NCBI GenBank assembly: GCA_965262015.1
Contig: OZ253494.1
Coordinates: 229,308 to 293,307 of the forward strand
Direction: 5' to 3'
Origin: Leptospiria bacterium
Lineage (GTDB): Bacteria; Spirochaetota; Leptospiria; Turneriellales; CBDBES01
Length of the DNA: 64,000 bases
This document shows, piece by piece, positions 47,905 to 57,484 of this stretch. Numbering within the stretch: the stretch's first letter is position 1; each line of letters opens with the position of its first letter. A program made the translations under genes and the position numbers. The notes under the pieces are model-generated. The model worked only from the letters and a program-made list of their open reading frames with translations. It was not told the DNA's origin and ran no database searches.

Positions 47905-49107
47905 TCAGAAAGGTGATATAAGTGCTGGGCCGGCAGGGTTCGAACCTGCGCATGGCGGGATCAAAACCCGCTGCCTTACCGCTTGGCTACGGCCCAAGGT
48001 GTGAAAAGGGATATATGATGCGTGATATGATTGATGAGATATAACTGTTGATATGTGTTTTATTTGTTTAGTAGAGTTTTTTTTACTAGACAAGGCATAA
48101 AATGTCGAACCTGAACCTGACATAGAATATAAAACCGGTGATTTTTTCTTGATGTGTTCAGAGACACTTTGTGCTAGAGTATGCATAGAATATCCGATAA
48201 AATTGGCTTGCTCTTTCTGGAGTAGGGTACATGCATCAAACAAGTCATTCTGTAAATAGCATAAATCAGTAGGAATCTTTTGTTCAGAGAACACGCTCGT
48301 TAGGTGAGCTATATTCAAAAATATCAGCTCCTTCCCACCACTCGGCATTGCCAATGGATCAACAGTATCCAATAACAACTTCACCCGACTACCGTAGCGA
48401 TCATTGTTACGCTTTTCATTTTGTAAAGGACTATTTAGTTGAGCATAAACATTCTTGGTAGAGAAACCAAAGTTAGGTATTCCTAAGATACCATACATTC
48501 TGGGTAACGCAATGAAGCGGTGTATTTCACCTGTTCCTATAATGAGGGCAGGTTGATTCTGTAAAAAAAAAGGGATGTCGCTACCTAATTCAATGACATC
48601 TTTTTGTAATCTTGTTAACCATGTACACTCACTTACGTTAGAGTAGGGGAGAACTTTTCTAACTAAAAATCTAAGAAAGGTTGCTGAGTTAGAACTAGCT
48701 CCTCCCAGGCCTGACGGCGAAGGTATATTTTTTTGGACATGTATTTGTATACCGTTTAAATGATGTACCACCTTCTTAGGTTGTGTTAGCCACTGTACTT
48801 GCTGTTTAGCAAAAACCCATTTGATAAACCAGTTATAAGTCCTGGATAATATATTATTTTCTATATTTTCTGGTTTAAAACAATCTATTACATCCTGAGT
48901 CAGTTTGGGGGACAAATGAGATGATGTATCAGCTATTCGTATATCAAGATCTTTTTTAGATTTTTTAAAGTGTAGGGTATCATGCAAATTAATAGGGACA
49001 AAAATACTGTAAATACAATGGTATCCATTTTTATACTGGTATAGCACTTTAATGCCTAAATTGATTTTAGCATAACTTCTAATTTTTGTACCCAGATTAA
49101 ATCGCAT
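47905..49107 (-). CDS. ispE: 4-diphosphocytidyl-2-C-methyl-D-erythritol kinase; the 3' end as drawn runs through the tRNA-Gln gene
   Basis: GHMP-kinase motif NIPSPSGLGGASSNSATFL, N-terminal AKINLGIKV. The last ~28 codons (..RSQAVRQRVLIPPCAGSNPAGPALISPF) are the translation of the tRNA gene. Confidence 0.75.
   Translation of the reverse strand: MRFNLGTKIRSYAKINLGIKVLYQYKNGYHCIYSIFVPINLHDTLHFKKSKKDLDIRIADTSSHLSPKLTQDVIDCFKPENIENNILSRTYNWFIKWVFAKQQVQWLTQPKKVVHHLNGIQIHVQKNIPSPSGLGGASSNSATFLRFLVRKVLPYSNVSECTWLTRLQKDVIELGSDIPFFLQNQPALIIGTGEIHRFIALPRMYGILGIPNFGFSTKNVYAQLNSPLQNEKRNNDRYGSRVKLLLDTVDPLAMPSGGKELIFLNIAHLTSVFSEQKIPTDLCYLQNDLFDACTLLQKEQANFIGYSMHTLAQSVSEHIKKKSPVLYSMSGSGSTFYALSSKKNSTKQIKHISTVISHQSYHASYIPFHTLGRSQAVRQRVLIPPCAGSNPAGPALISPF
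47925..47996 (-). tRNA. tRNA-Gln (anticodon UUG)
   Basis: Manual cloverleaf on the minus strand: acceptor TGGGCCG/CGGCCCA, D-arm GCC-AAGCGGTAA-GGC, anticodon stem GCGGG/CCCGC with loop TTTTGAT, 5-nt variable loop, T-arm GCAGG-TTCGAAC-CCTGC, discriminator G; CCA not encoded. Confidence 0.85.
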
Positions 49108-49594
49108 GTTTATTTTAGCTGGTTTATATCGTCCCAGTTAGTCTTACAAAATAACAATCATGGCCTGTATCAAGAATATAAAAAATAACACATAGAAAAA
49201 ACAAGCTCTGTTTAACTTAGAAAGAGTAATTGTAACCATCAGTGTTTATTTCTTGAGTTAAGAATTACGTATATTATGTGTTATACCCATTTACTCTAGA
49301 TTTTATTTTTACTTTATATCATATGGTAGACTTGGGCATATTGATTTCTTGTGTTATTTTTCAATATGTCATATTATTTTCTAAATATAACTCTATCTGT
49401 ATCCATTTTTCATAGTATATTTTCATTGGTCGTTCTCTTTACTTTTAATCTTTTTAAGAAAAATGGCTTATAAATACTTAAACTGTCCATCTCTATGATT
49501 AACCCTGCGAGGGTATTTATAATACAAGAAATTTATTATTTGACGTTTCAGGTTGGTATAATGGAAGCTCATCTCAGCGAAAAAAATATTTTAA

Positions 49595-50110
49595 ATGAGG
49601 TTCCATATGAAAATGATTGTAACTCTATTCTGCTCCGGTTTGCTTATGCTTACAAGTGTGTTTGCACGCCCTGTTGTGGAAGGTAAGTATGATTCTCCAG
49701 TTGGTCTGTGGGTCACTATTAACACGGAAACTCAACAAGAGAAATCCGTTATTAGAATTAAAGAAAAGAAGGGTGTACTATATGGAAGTATTCTTAAGTT
49801 ATTGAGAAGAGATCCAAAGGCAATTTGTAAAAAATGTAAGGGAGACAAATTGAATAAACCCATGATTGGTATGAATGTGTTATGGGGTCTTACTTATGAT
49901 GCAGATGAGAATGAATGGTCAGGGGGCAAGGTTTTGCATCCTCCTAGCGGTAAAATTTATAGAGCTTTTATTGCTCTCAAGGATAATGGTAAGCGTTTAA
50001 AAGTGCGTGGATATATTGGTTTTGCATTATTGGGGCGTACACAGTATTGGTATAGAATTAAGTCTCCTAATGATGTTAAAGTAGTGTGGAAACCTGTTTC
50101 AAAGAAATAG
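49595..50110 (+). CDS. DUF2147-family secreted protein
   Basis: Signal peptide (MKMIVTLFCSGLLMLTSVFA), G.W.T....E.S.I.I, C..C.G......IGM..L, GG.V..P..GK.Y, V.GYIG...LGRTQ.W.R pattern. Confidence 0.65.
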   Translation: MRFHMKMIVTLFCSGLLMLTSVFARPVVEGKYDSPVGLWVTINTETQQEKSVIRIKEKKGVLYGSILKLLRRDPKAICKKCKGDKLNKPMIGMNVLWGLTYDADENEWSGGKVLHPPSGKIYRAFIALKDNGKRLKVRGYIGFALLGRTQYWYRIKSPNDVKVVWKPVSKK

Positions 50111-50293
50111 GTTTCGTTGATCTATTTAGTAATTTTTTAGTTGATAAGCTATATGCTAAAAATTTACTGAACAAAAGATACGATAACAGATTTTCTGTTA
50201 TCGCTGAATGCGGTTAATGTTTTAGTTTAGGTAAAGAGGAAATATTTTAAGCAATAATTTGCTTGGACTATTGGCTATTTGAAGGAGGAATAG

Positions 50294-51499
50294 ATGGCTA
50301 AGGAAAAATTTGATAGAAGTAAAACGCATGTGAATGTTGGTACAATTGGACATGTGGATCACGGAAAGACTACTTTGACGGCAGCTATCACTACGGTGTT
50401 GACCGCTAAGTTTGGTGGAACAAATAAAGTAATTAGCTATGAAGAAATTGATAACGCTCCTGAGGAAAGGGAGAGAGGTATTACAATTGCTACATCACAT
50501 CAAGAATACGAAACAGAGAAGCGACATTACGCTCATGTAGACTGTCCAGGACATGCCGACTATATTAAGAACATGATTACTGGTGCTGCACAGATGGATG
50601 CAGCCATATTGGTGGTGTCGGCAGTGGATGGTGCCATGCCCCAGACTAGAGAGCATATACTCTTGGCTAGACAAGTAGGCGTTCCTCATATTGTTGTTTT
50701 TCTTAATAAGGTTGATATGATACCCGAAGCTGAAAGAGAAGAAATGTTGCTTCTTGTTGAGGAAGATCTCAAGGATCAGTTGAAAAAGTATGAATACCCT
50801 GCTGATACGGTACCTTTCATTGCGGGTTCCGCTTTAAAAGCAGTAGAAGGTGATGCGGGAGAATTTGGAGAGGAAGCTATTCTAAAATTAGCATCTTCCC
50901 TTGATGGCTATATACCTGATCCTAAACGTGATATTGATCGGGATTTCCTGATGCCTGTTGAAGATGTTTTCACAATTACGGGGCGAGGCACAGTAGCCAC
51001 AGGTCGTATAGAAAGAGGTAAAGTATCTATCAACGAAGAAATTGAAATTATTGGTTTAAAAGATACTATAAAAACAACCATCACCGGTATAGAGATGTTT
51101 AGAAAACTACTAGACTTTGGTCAAGCTGGTGATAATGTCGGTATTCTCCTAAGAGGTATCAAAAGAGAAGATATTGAGAGGGGGCAAGTAATTGCAAAAG
51201 TTTCTAGTATTAAGCCACATCAAAAATTTGAAGCAGAGATTTTAATTCTTACTAAAGAAGAGGGTGGGCGCCATACACCATTTTTCTCTAATTATAGGCC
51301 TCAGTTTTACTTTAGAACAACTGATGTAACAGGTAGTATTGAATTACCTAAAGGTGTTGAGATGGTTAACCCAGGGGACAATGTAACAATTAGTGCAGAA
51401 TTAATTTACCCTATCGCCATGGAAGAGGGATTACGATTTGCTATTCGTGAAGGTGGGCGTACTATCGGTAAGGGTGTAGTGAGTAAGGTCTTTACATAG
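50294..51499 (+). CDS. tuf: elongation factor Tu
   Basis: [22 protein letters not shown]; full-length 401 aa. Confidence 0.97.
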   Translation: MAKEKFDRSKTHVNVGTIGHVDHGKTTLTAAITTVLTAKFGGTNKVISYEEIDNAPEERERGITIATSHQEYETEKRHYAHVDCPGHADYIKNMITGAAQMDAAILVVSAVDGAMPQTREHILLARQVGVPHIVVFLNKVDMIPEAEREEMLLLVEEDLKDQLKKYEYPADTVPFIAGSALKAVEGDAGEFGEEAILKLASSLDGYIPDPKRDIDRDFLMPVEDVFTITGRGTVATGRIERGKVSINEEIEIIGLKDTIKTTITGIEMFRKLLDFGQAGDNVGILLRGIKREDIERGQVIAKVSSIKPHQKFEAEILILTKEEGGRHTPFFSNYRPQFYFRTTDVTGSIELPKGVEMVNPGDNVTISAELIYPIAMEEGLRFAIREGGRTIGKGVVSKVFT

Positions 51500-51547
51500 A
51501 ATGTTCATGGTAACTTTGAGTGTGTAGTGTAGTAGTGGTATTCTAAG

Positions 51548-51850
51548 ATGCAGAAAATTCGAGTTAAACTCAAGTCCTTTGATCATAAATTGTTAGATCA
51601 GTCTGCTCAGGATATTATTGGTGCTGTTCATAGGACAAAATCTAAGATAGCTGGTCCAGTGCCATTACCAATTAAAATTGAGAAATTTACTGTACTCAAG
51701 TCTACTTTTGTACACAAAGATGCTCGTGAACAATTTGAGATGAGAACGCATAGTCGTCTGATTGATATTTTAAATCCTACCAACAGCACAATTGATGCTT
51801 TAATGAAGTTACAGTTACCAGCTGGAGTATCTGTGGATATAAAATCATAA
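51548..51850 (+). CDS. rpsJ: 30S ribosomal protein S10
   Basis: [23 protein letters not shown]...[23 protein letters not shown]. Confidence 0.95.
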   Translation: MQKIRVKLKSFDHKLLDQSAQDIIGAVHRTKSKIAGPVPLPIKIEKFTVLKSTFVHKDAREQFEMRTHSRLIDILNPTNSTIDALMKLQLPAGVSVDIKS

Positions 51851-51863
51851 CAGGTTTAAATTA

Positions 51864-52487
51864 ATGAAAGCGTTATTAGGTATTAAATTAGGTATGTTTC
51901 AAGTATGGGATGACATGCATCATGTTTTGCCTGTTACTGCTATTGAAGCTAAACCTTGTGTAGTTGCTCAAGTAAAAACACAAGAAAAAGATGGCTATGC
52001 TGCGGTTCAGATCGCTTCGCAAGAGTGTACGGAAAAATCATTAACCAAGGCCGAGATTGGCCATCAACAGAAAAGTCATAATATGACTAGTAAGTATTAT
52101 AAAGAACTTATAGAAATTCGTGATAGTAAAATCTCTCATGAAGTTGGTGAAATAATTGACTGTTCCATATTTACACCTGGAGAATTGATAAATGTCAGGG
52201 GTATTGGTGTAGGGAAGGGTTTCCAAGGTGTTATGAAGAGATATAATTTCAAGGGGGGGCGTGCTTCACACGGTTCGCATTTTCATCGTGGACCTGGCTC
52301 GATTGGTGCCTGTGCCTACCCAGGTGAAGTTGATAAAGCTAAGAAGATGCCAGGACGAATGGGCGGTAAATACGTCAATGTAAGTAACCTTAAGGTATTC
52401 GATATTATGACAGATGAAAATATCATGTTAGTCAAAGGATCTGTGCCAGGTAAAAAAGGTTCGTTACTATATATCTACCAGAAATAG
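51864..52487 (+). CDS. rplC: 50S ribosomal protein L3
   Basis: GIKLGM.Q.W......PVT, GKGFQGVMKR..F.GG.ASHG; operon position. Confidence 0.93.
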   Translation: MKALLGIKLGMFQVWDDMHHVLPVTAIEAKPCVVAQVKTQEKDGYAAVQIASQECTEKSLTKAEIGHQQKSHNMTSKYYKELIEIRDSKISHEVGEIIDCSIFTPGELINVRGIGVGKGFQGVMKRYNFKGGRASHGSHFHRGPGSIGACAYPGEVDKAKKMPGRMGGKYVNVSNLKVFDIMTDENIMLVKGSVPGKKGSLLYIYQK

Positions 52488-52510
52488 TATATGCGACGAA
52501 TAACTATATC

Positions 52511-53203
52511 ATGAAAGTTGATTATTACACATTAGAAACAAAAGAGCTACAGAAGAAAGGAGTTCCTTCTGTATTTTGCCTAGAAAATATCAATCATCAC
52601 CTCATATGGGAGGCGATTACAGCTGAGAATGCTAACTTAAGGCAGGGTACACATAAGACTAAGAGCCGGGCTGAAGTTCGAGGTGGTGGACGTAAACCAT
52701 GGAAACAAAAAGGAACAGGTAATGCTAGAGCTGGTTCTACACGTTCACCTGTATGGGTTGGTGGTGGTACTGCTTTTGGTCCAGTAGTGCGTAGTTATAA
52801 ATATCATTTTAGTAGAAAAAAGAAGAGAGTGGCCTACAAGAACATTATTGCTTATAAATTGAGCTCGGGGAAAGTGATGTTATTAGATAGGTTTGATCTC
52901 CCTAAAGTGTCTACCTCATCAGGCTTCCAACTTTTGAGTGAGATTTTATATAATGCTCCTTTTAAGGATGAGTATTTCTCTTCCCCAAAGGTAAAAAAAT
53001 ATAGTAATGATCATCGTGCTAACATAACAGTAGTAGTAGAGAAAAATAATATTATCTTGAAGCAATCTTTAAAAAATATTCCTTGGGTTACTTTAATACA
53101 GTCTGATAGGTTATCAGCTAGGAAGATATTTTATAATCATGGTTTATTCTTTACAGAGAATGCTTTTGAACATGTTGCTTCGTTATTAGGTAAGCCAGTA
53201 TGA
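52511..53203 (+). CDS. rplD: 50S ribosomal protein L4
   Basis: RGGGRKPWKQKGTGNARAGSTRSPVWVGGGTAFGP. Confidence 0.93.
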   Translation: MKVDYYTLETKELQKKGVPSVFCLENINHHLIWEAITAENANLRQGTHKTKSRAEVRGGGRKPWKQKGTGNARAGSTRSPVWVGGGTAFGPVVRSYKYHFSRKKKRVAYKNIIAYKLSSGKVMLLDRFDLPKVSTSSGFQLLSEILYNAPFKDEYFSSPKVKKYSNDHRANITVVVEKNNIILKQSLKNIPWVTLIQSDRLSARKIFYNHGLFFTENAFEHVASLLGKPV

Positions 53204-53484
53204 ATGTGTCTGATTTTATTATCAAGCCTGTCATTAGTGAAAAGTCCGAAACATTACGTGAGCGTAATGTTTATATCTTTGAGATACATAAAAATGTTAA
53301 TAAAAAAATGGTAAAAGAAGCCATTCAATCTATTTATGGTTTGTGGCCGTCTAAAGTTAATGTCCTTGTACAGAGAGGTAAAAGAAAGAAAAATAGATAT
53401 GGTTATGGATATACAAAGACTAAAAAGAAGGCTTACGTTTATTTGAATTCTAAGGAGAAAATTGATATTTTTAAAAATGTCTAA
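53200..53484 (+). CDS. rplW: 50S ribosomal protein L23
   Basis: I.KPVISEKS pattern, size and operon position. Confidence 0.9.
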   Translation: MNVSDFIIKPVISEKSETLRERNVYIFEIHKNVNKKMVKEAIQSIYGLWPSKVNVLVQRGKRKKNRYGYGYTKTKKKAYVYLNSKEKIDIFKNV

Positions 53485-53496
53485 ATTATTGTTATT

Positions 53497-54327
53497 ATGG
53501 CTTTAAAAAGATTTAAACCAACTACTCCTTCACAACGCTTTAAGACAGTCTTTAAATCAGATGATATTGCGGGGGATATCTCTCCTCATAAACCTCTTTT
53601 GGTGGGTTTACGTAAAAAAGCAGGAAGAAATAATCAAGGAAAAATCACTATGCGTAGACGTGGCGGTGGCCATAAACGTAGATATCGTATTATTGATTTT
53701 GTTCGTAATAAATATGATATTACTGCAAAGGTAGAAAGCATAGAATATGATCCTAACCGTAACGCTAATATCGCTTTATTATGCTATGTTGATGGTGAAA
53801 GAAGATACATTATCGCTCCACATGGATTAGAGATTGGTCAAACACTAGTTTCATCTACCAAGGTGGATATTAACGTAGGTAATGCTTCTCCGGTTGGTAA
53901 TATCCCTATTGGTACTAATGTACATAATATTGAACTTAGACGTGGTAAAGGAGGACAAATGGCACGCTCTGCTGGCACATTTGCCACCATTACTAGTCAT
54001 GATAAAGGATATACTCTGCTAAAATTACCTTCGGGTGAGTCTCGTAGAATTAAAAGTGAATGCTATGCTGTTATTGGTGTGGTTGGTAACGCACAGTATA
54101 ATCTTATTACAATTGGTAAAGCAGGTCGTAGTGCATGGATGGGTAAGAGACCAAAGGTTAGAGGTGTAGCTATGAATCCTATTGATCACCCCCATGGTGG
54201 TGGCGAAGGTAAAACCTCTGGTGGTAGACACCCTGTTACACCATGGGGAAAAATTACGAAAGGTAAAAAAACTAGGAAATTACACAAGCGTAGTAATAGC
54301 TTGATTATTTCATCGAGGAAAAAATAG
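53497..54327 (+). CDS. rplB: 50S ribosomal protein L2
   Basis: FKPTTPSQR, RRGGGHKRRYR.IDF, MNPIDHPHGGGEGKTSGGRHPVTPWG. Confidence 0.97.
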   Translation: MALKRFKPTTPSQRFKTVFKSDDIAGDISPHKPLLVGLRKKAGRNNQGKITMRRRGGGHKRRYRIIDFVRNKYDITAKVESIEYDPNRNANIALLCYVDGERRYIIAPHGLEIGQTLVSSTKVDINVGNASPVGNIPIGTNVHNIELRRGKGGQMARSAGTFATITSHDKGYTLLKLPSGESRRIKSECYAVIGVVGNAQYNLITIGKAGRSAWMGKRPKVRGVAMNPIDHPHGGGEGKTSGGRHPVTPWGKITKGKKTRKLHKRSNSLIISSRKK

Positions 54328-54606
54328 ATGCCACGTTCATTAAAAAAAGGTCCTTATATTGATGCACATTTATTTAAAAAAGTTGAAAAAGTGCGTGCTA
54401 CAGGAGATAAAAAACCTATTAAGGTGTGGTCTAGACGCTCTACTATTTTCCCTGAGATGATAGGCATTACATTTTTAGTTCACAATGGTAATAAATTTAT
54501 ACCAGTCTATGTGACTGAAGAAATTATTGGCCATAAATTGGGTGAGTTTGCTCCTACCCGTACTTACAGAGGACATACGTCACTAGATAAAAAGATAAAA
54601 AGATAA
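54328..54606 (+). CDS. rpsS: 30S ribosomal protein S19
   Basis: [19 protein letters not shown]...[14 protein letters not shown]. Confidence 0.95.
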   Translation: MPRSLKKGPYIDAHLFKKVEKVRATGDKKPIKVWSRRSTIFPEMIGITFLVHNGNKFIPVYVTEEIIGHKLGEFAPTRTYRGHTSLDKKIKR

Positions 54607-54608
54607 AC

Positions 54609-54944
54609 ATGGAAGCTATTTGTAAAACTAATTATATTCGCATATCTCATAGAAAAATGAGCTTAGTGGTTAATGAAGTGCGAGGGTACGATGCCACGGA
54701 GGCATTAGATGCTTTAAAACATATGAAGAAAAAAGGAGCGAAAATGGTATATAAGGCAGTACAGTCTGCAGTTGCAAATGCTAGGGTGCTTAACCCTTCA
54801 GTGGAGATAGGGAGTCTTTTTATTAAAAAGGTTGTTGTGAATCAAGGAGCTACTTGGAAACGATTCAGGCCTAGAGCCAGGGGTAGAGTAGGTAAGATCT
54901 TAAGAAGAACAAGTAATATAATAGTTGTTCTGTCGGACGAATAG
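54609..54944 (+). CDS. rplV: 50S ribosomal protein L22
   Basis: Size, ISHRKMSLVVNEVRG, KRF.PRARGR...I.RRTS.I.VVL. Confidence 0.93.
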   Translation: MEAICKTNYIRISHRKMSLVVNEVRGYDATEALDALKHMKKKGAKMVYKAVQSAVANARVLNPSVEIGSLFIKKVVVNQGATWKRFRPRARGRVGKILRRTSNIIVVLSDE

Positions 54945-54949
54945 TTATT

Positions 54950-55678
54950 ATGGGTCAAAAAGTTAGTCCAATATCTCTACGCTTGAATATAACCCGCACA
55001 TGGGATTCTATTTGGTATGCTTCTAAGCAAGATTATACAGATATTTTGCATCAAGACTTTGCTATTCGTAGGACTGTGAAGGAAACACATCGACGTAGTT
55101 CTATTACAAAAATAGGAATTGAGCGTTTTGCAGAGAAAGTACATATTAAATTATATTGTGTGAAGCCTGGTGTTGTCATTGGTCAAAAAGGTAAGAACAT
55201 AGAGATGTTAAAGTCTCGCTTGAGTCGTATTGTAAATAAGTCAATTGAAGTAAAAGTGGTTGAAGTATCTCATCCAGATTTGTCAGCTCAGTCTTTAGCT
55301 GATACTGTTGCGTCCCAGCTAGAAGAACGTGTATCATTTCGTAGGGCAATGAAGCATGCTATCCATACCACAGTACGTGGCGGTGTGCAGGGTGTTAAAA
55401 TTATTGTCTCAGGTAGACTGAATGGTGCTGATATGGCAAGAAGTCAGAAATATTCAGAGGGACGTGTACCTCTTCATACTTTACGTGCTATGATTGATTA
55501 TGCTTTTGCTGAAGCTGATACAACTTATGGTAAAATTGGTATCAAAATATGGGTATATGGTGGTGATTATTTAGGTAACGAAAAGAATCAACAAACTAAC
55601 AAAAATAATATGTCATCAAATTCTAAATCATATTTGAATATGCAAAAGCCAAATCATGAAAGGTTTTCAAGACGTTAA
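54950..55678 (+). CDS. rpsC: 30S ribosomal protein S3
   Basis: MGQKVSPISLRL, KH domain GVVIGQKGKNIE, GRLNGADMAR.......GRVPLHTLRA.IDY. Confidence 0.95.
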   Translation: MGQKVSPISLRLNITRTWDSIWYASKQDYTDILHQDFAIRRTVKETHRRSSITKIGIERFAEKVHIKLYCVKPGVVIGQKGKNIEMLKSRLSRIVNKSIEVKVVEVSHPDLSAQSLADTVASQLEERVSFRRAMKHAIHTTVRGGVQGVKIIVSGRLNGADMARSQKYSEGRVPLHTLRAMIDYAFAEADTTYGKIGIKIWVYGGDYLGNEKNQQTNKNNMSSNSKSYLNMQKPNHERFSRR

Positions 55679-55684
55679 ATTAGT

Positions 55685-56098
55685 ATGTTAGCTCCTAAAA
55701 AAGTTAAATGGCGTAAGCCAAGTAGAGGTAGACTTAAAGGTAAGTCTAAAGGTGGTAATGAACTACATCTAGGCGAAGTTGGTTTAAAAGCCATAACGTC
55801 AGCTAAATTAAATTCTAGACAAATTGAGGCCGCTCGTGTGGTAATGATACGCCACGTAAAGAGGGGTGCGAAGGTATGGATTCGTATTTTTCCAGATAAG
55901 CCTGTTACAAAAAAACCTGCTGAAACGCGTATGGGTAAAGGTAAAGGTGGAGTAGATCATTATGTAGCTGTCGTAAAAGCGGGTAAGATTATGTTTGAGA
56001 TGAGTGGTCTGGGACATGAAATCATGGAAGAAGCGCTTAAAAAAGCTTCTTCAAAGTTACCTCTACAGTGTATTGTAGTAAAGAAATCTAGCTTATAA
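55685..56098 (+). CDS. rplP: 50S ribosomal protein L16
   Basis: MLAPKKVKWRK..RGR.KG, IEAARV...R..KRG.KVWIRIFPD.PVTKKPAETRMGKGKG. Confidence 0.95.
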   Translation: MLAPKKVKWRKPSRGRLKGKSKGGNELHLGEVGLKAITSAKLNSRQIEAARVVMIRHVKRGAKVWIRIFPDKPVTKKPAETRMGKGKGGVDHYVAVVKAGKIMFEMSGLGHEIMEEALKKASSKLPLQCIVVKKSSL

Positions 56099-56135
56099 TT
56101 GTTTGGTTGTATCTTCAATTGCAGGGGGCAAAGGT

Positions 56136-57434
56136 CTACCCAACACTACCTGCTACTTGCATTTTTTCAAATAGTATTCCCTTGGGTCCTAGGTAAGAGC
56201 CTCTCTGTATTGTTTCTCTGCTAAAGTGTGCATTTATAAAATTTTTTCTGCTTGTTCCAGAGATGGCTCCGCCTTTAATTCGTGTTTTGTTTTTATTTTT
56301 ATAAAGATAAGCTAATCTAATTTCACCCGAGAAAGCACCTGTAATATTATTGGGATTAAATGAAGAAAATTTAAATATCTCTAATACTTCTTCACCGTTA
56401 TCAAGGAAGTCTTGATAAGAACGGCTACCAGGCTGAATGCATATATTCCCCATAGAAGACGTATGCTTTTTATCCAATAATTGAGAAAGTTTACCATCAA
56501 TACAATAATTTTTTAATTTACTATTTTGTATTAGTTCTACTTTCTTAGTTGGAAATCCATATTGATCAAATAATTGTGATGCCCCCCCGCCTTTTATAAA
56601 AGGATCACTAGCAAGATTAAAATTTGTAGGTATCTCTTCAGAATATTCATAAATACTTGCTTCTTTGTGAAGGCTAGCATATTTATAATACAAAGCATTA
56701 CCATCCGTTTGTGCTACAAAATAATCGAATAGATTATCTAATGCTTCGTCTGTGAATACGACATGCATTATCTTAGTTGGCGGTAATGAGGATATTTTAT
56801 GTAATGATAGATGTTGTGCCTCTCTTATGATTAAATCTACTATGTCATAGTGTTGAATAAATCTACGTGTGTCATAATGATTAATCTCTTCTTGTTTGTC
56901 TGGAGACAATAAGACAAAATCTACACTAATTTGGGTTGAAGGGATAGATATTTTTAAATTATTTGCATTCACCAACGTAGTATAGTAATTTTTTAGGGAA
57001 ATTTCATATGATGCTAAAGAACAATTCATCATAGATTGTTTTGTTAGAGAGTTGAGTTGATTGGCTAACTCCAACAAAGATTCTTGAACAGAATTTTTTA
57101 TAGATGGATCACAAATAGGATTAGTGTCTATTATAAGTTCCCAAGGAGGGGAAAAATTATAAATAGGATTATTTACTAGAGTTGAGTATGCAATGTGTTC
57201 TTGAATAATAGAGCGCCAATCAAGAGTAGTATCAAACTTCGCTATACTCTCACCAAGCAAGTTTTTTTGAGGTTTATTTGTATGGACAGAAACAAGGTAT
57301 CTGCCGGAGTAGCTACAACATCTTGTTTCAATTTGCTGGTCAATGGCATGTATTTCGTTAATCTGTTCTTGAATATATATTATCTGCCAAGATCGCAACA
57401 ACTGTTTTTTTAAGTACTGAATAATATTATACAC
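56136..57434 (-). CDS. TldD/PmbA-family metalloprotease-like protein
   Basis: C-terminal pattern GGGASQLFDQYGFPTKK..LI.N..L, GNI.IQPG, ITG.FSGE, GG.ISG typical of PmbA/TldD; divergent N-terminus. Confidence 0.6.
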   Translation of the reverse strand: MYNIIQYLKKQLLRSWQIIYIQEQINEIHAIDQQIETRCCSYSGRYLVSVHTNKPQKNLLGESIAKFDTTLDWRSIIQEHIAYSTLVNNPIYNFSPPWELIIDTNPICDPSIKNSVQESLLELANQLNSLTKQSMMNCSLASYEISLKNYYTTLVNANNLKISIPSTQISVDFVLLSPDKQEEINHYDTRRFIQHYDIVDLIIREAQHLSLHKISSLPPTKIMHVVFTDEALDNLFDYFVAQTDGNALYYKYASLHKEASIYEYSEEIPTNFNLASDPFIKGGGASQLFDQYGFPTKKVELIQNSKLKNYCIDGKLSQLLDKKHTSSMGNICIQPGSRSYQDFLDNGEEVLEIFKFSSFNPNNITGAFSGEIRLAYLYKNKNKTRIKGGAISGTSRKNFINAHFSRETIQRGSYLGPKGILFEKMQVAGSVG

Positions 57435-57484
57435 GTGTACTCATCCTGATTATATATAGAATAAAGTTGGCATAGGATATCTTA

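Noticed and set aside
49495-49686. ORF 49495-49686 (+) upstream of and overlapping the DUF2147 gene
   Set aside because: It overlaps the signal-peptide region of the better-supported ORF in another frame, and no motif was seen.
50181-50203. 9-bp-stem hairpin (cgataacag-atttt-ctgttatcg) between the DUF2147 gene and tuf as a terminator or tRNA-like element
   Set aside because: It has no following U-tract and no cloverleaf can be drawn. It is too short to call.
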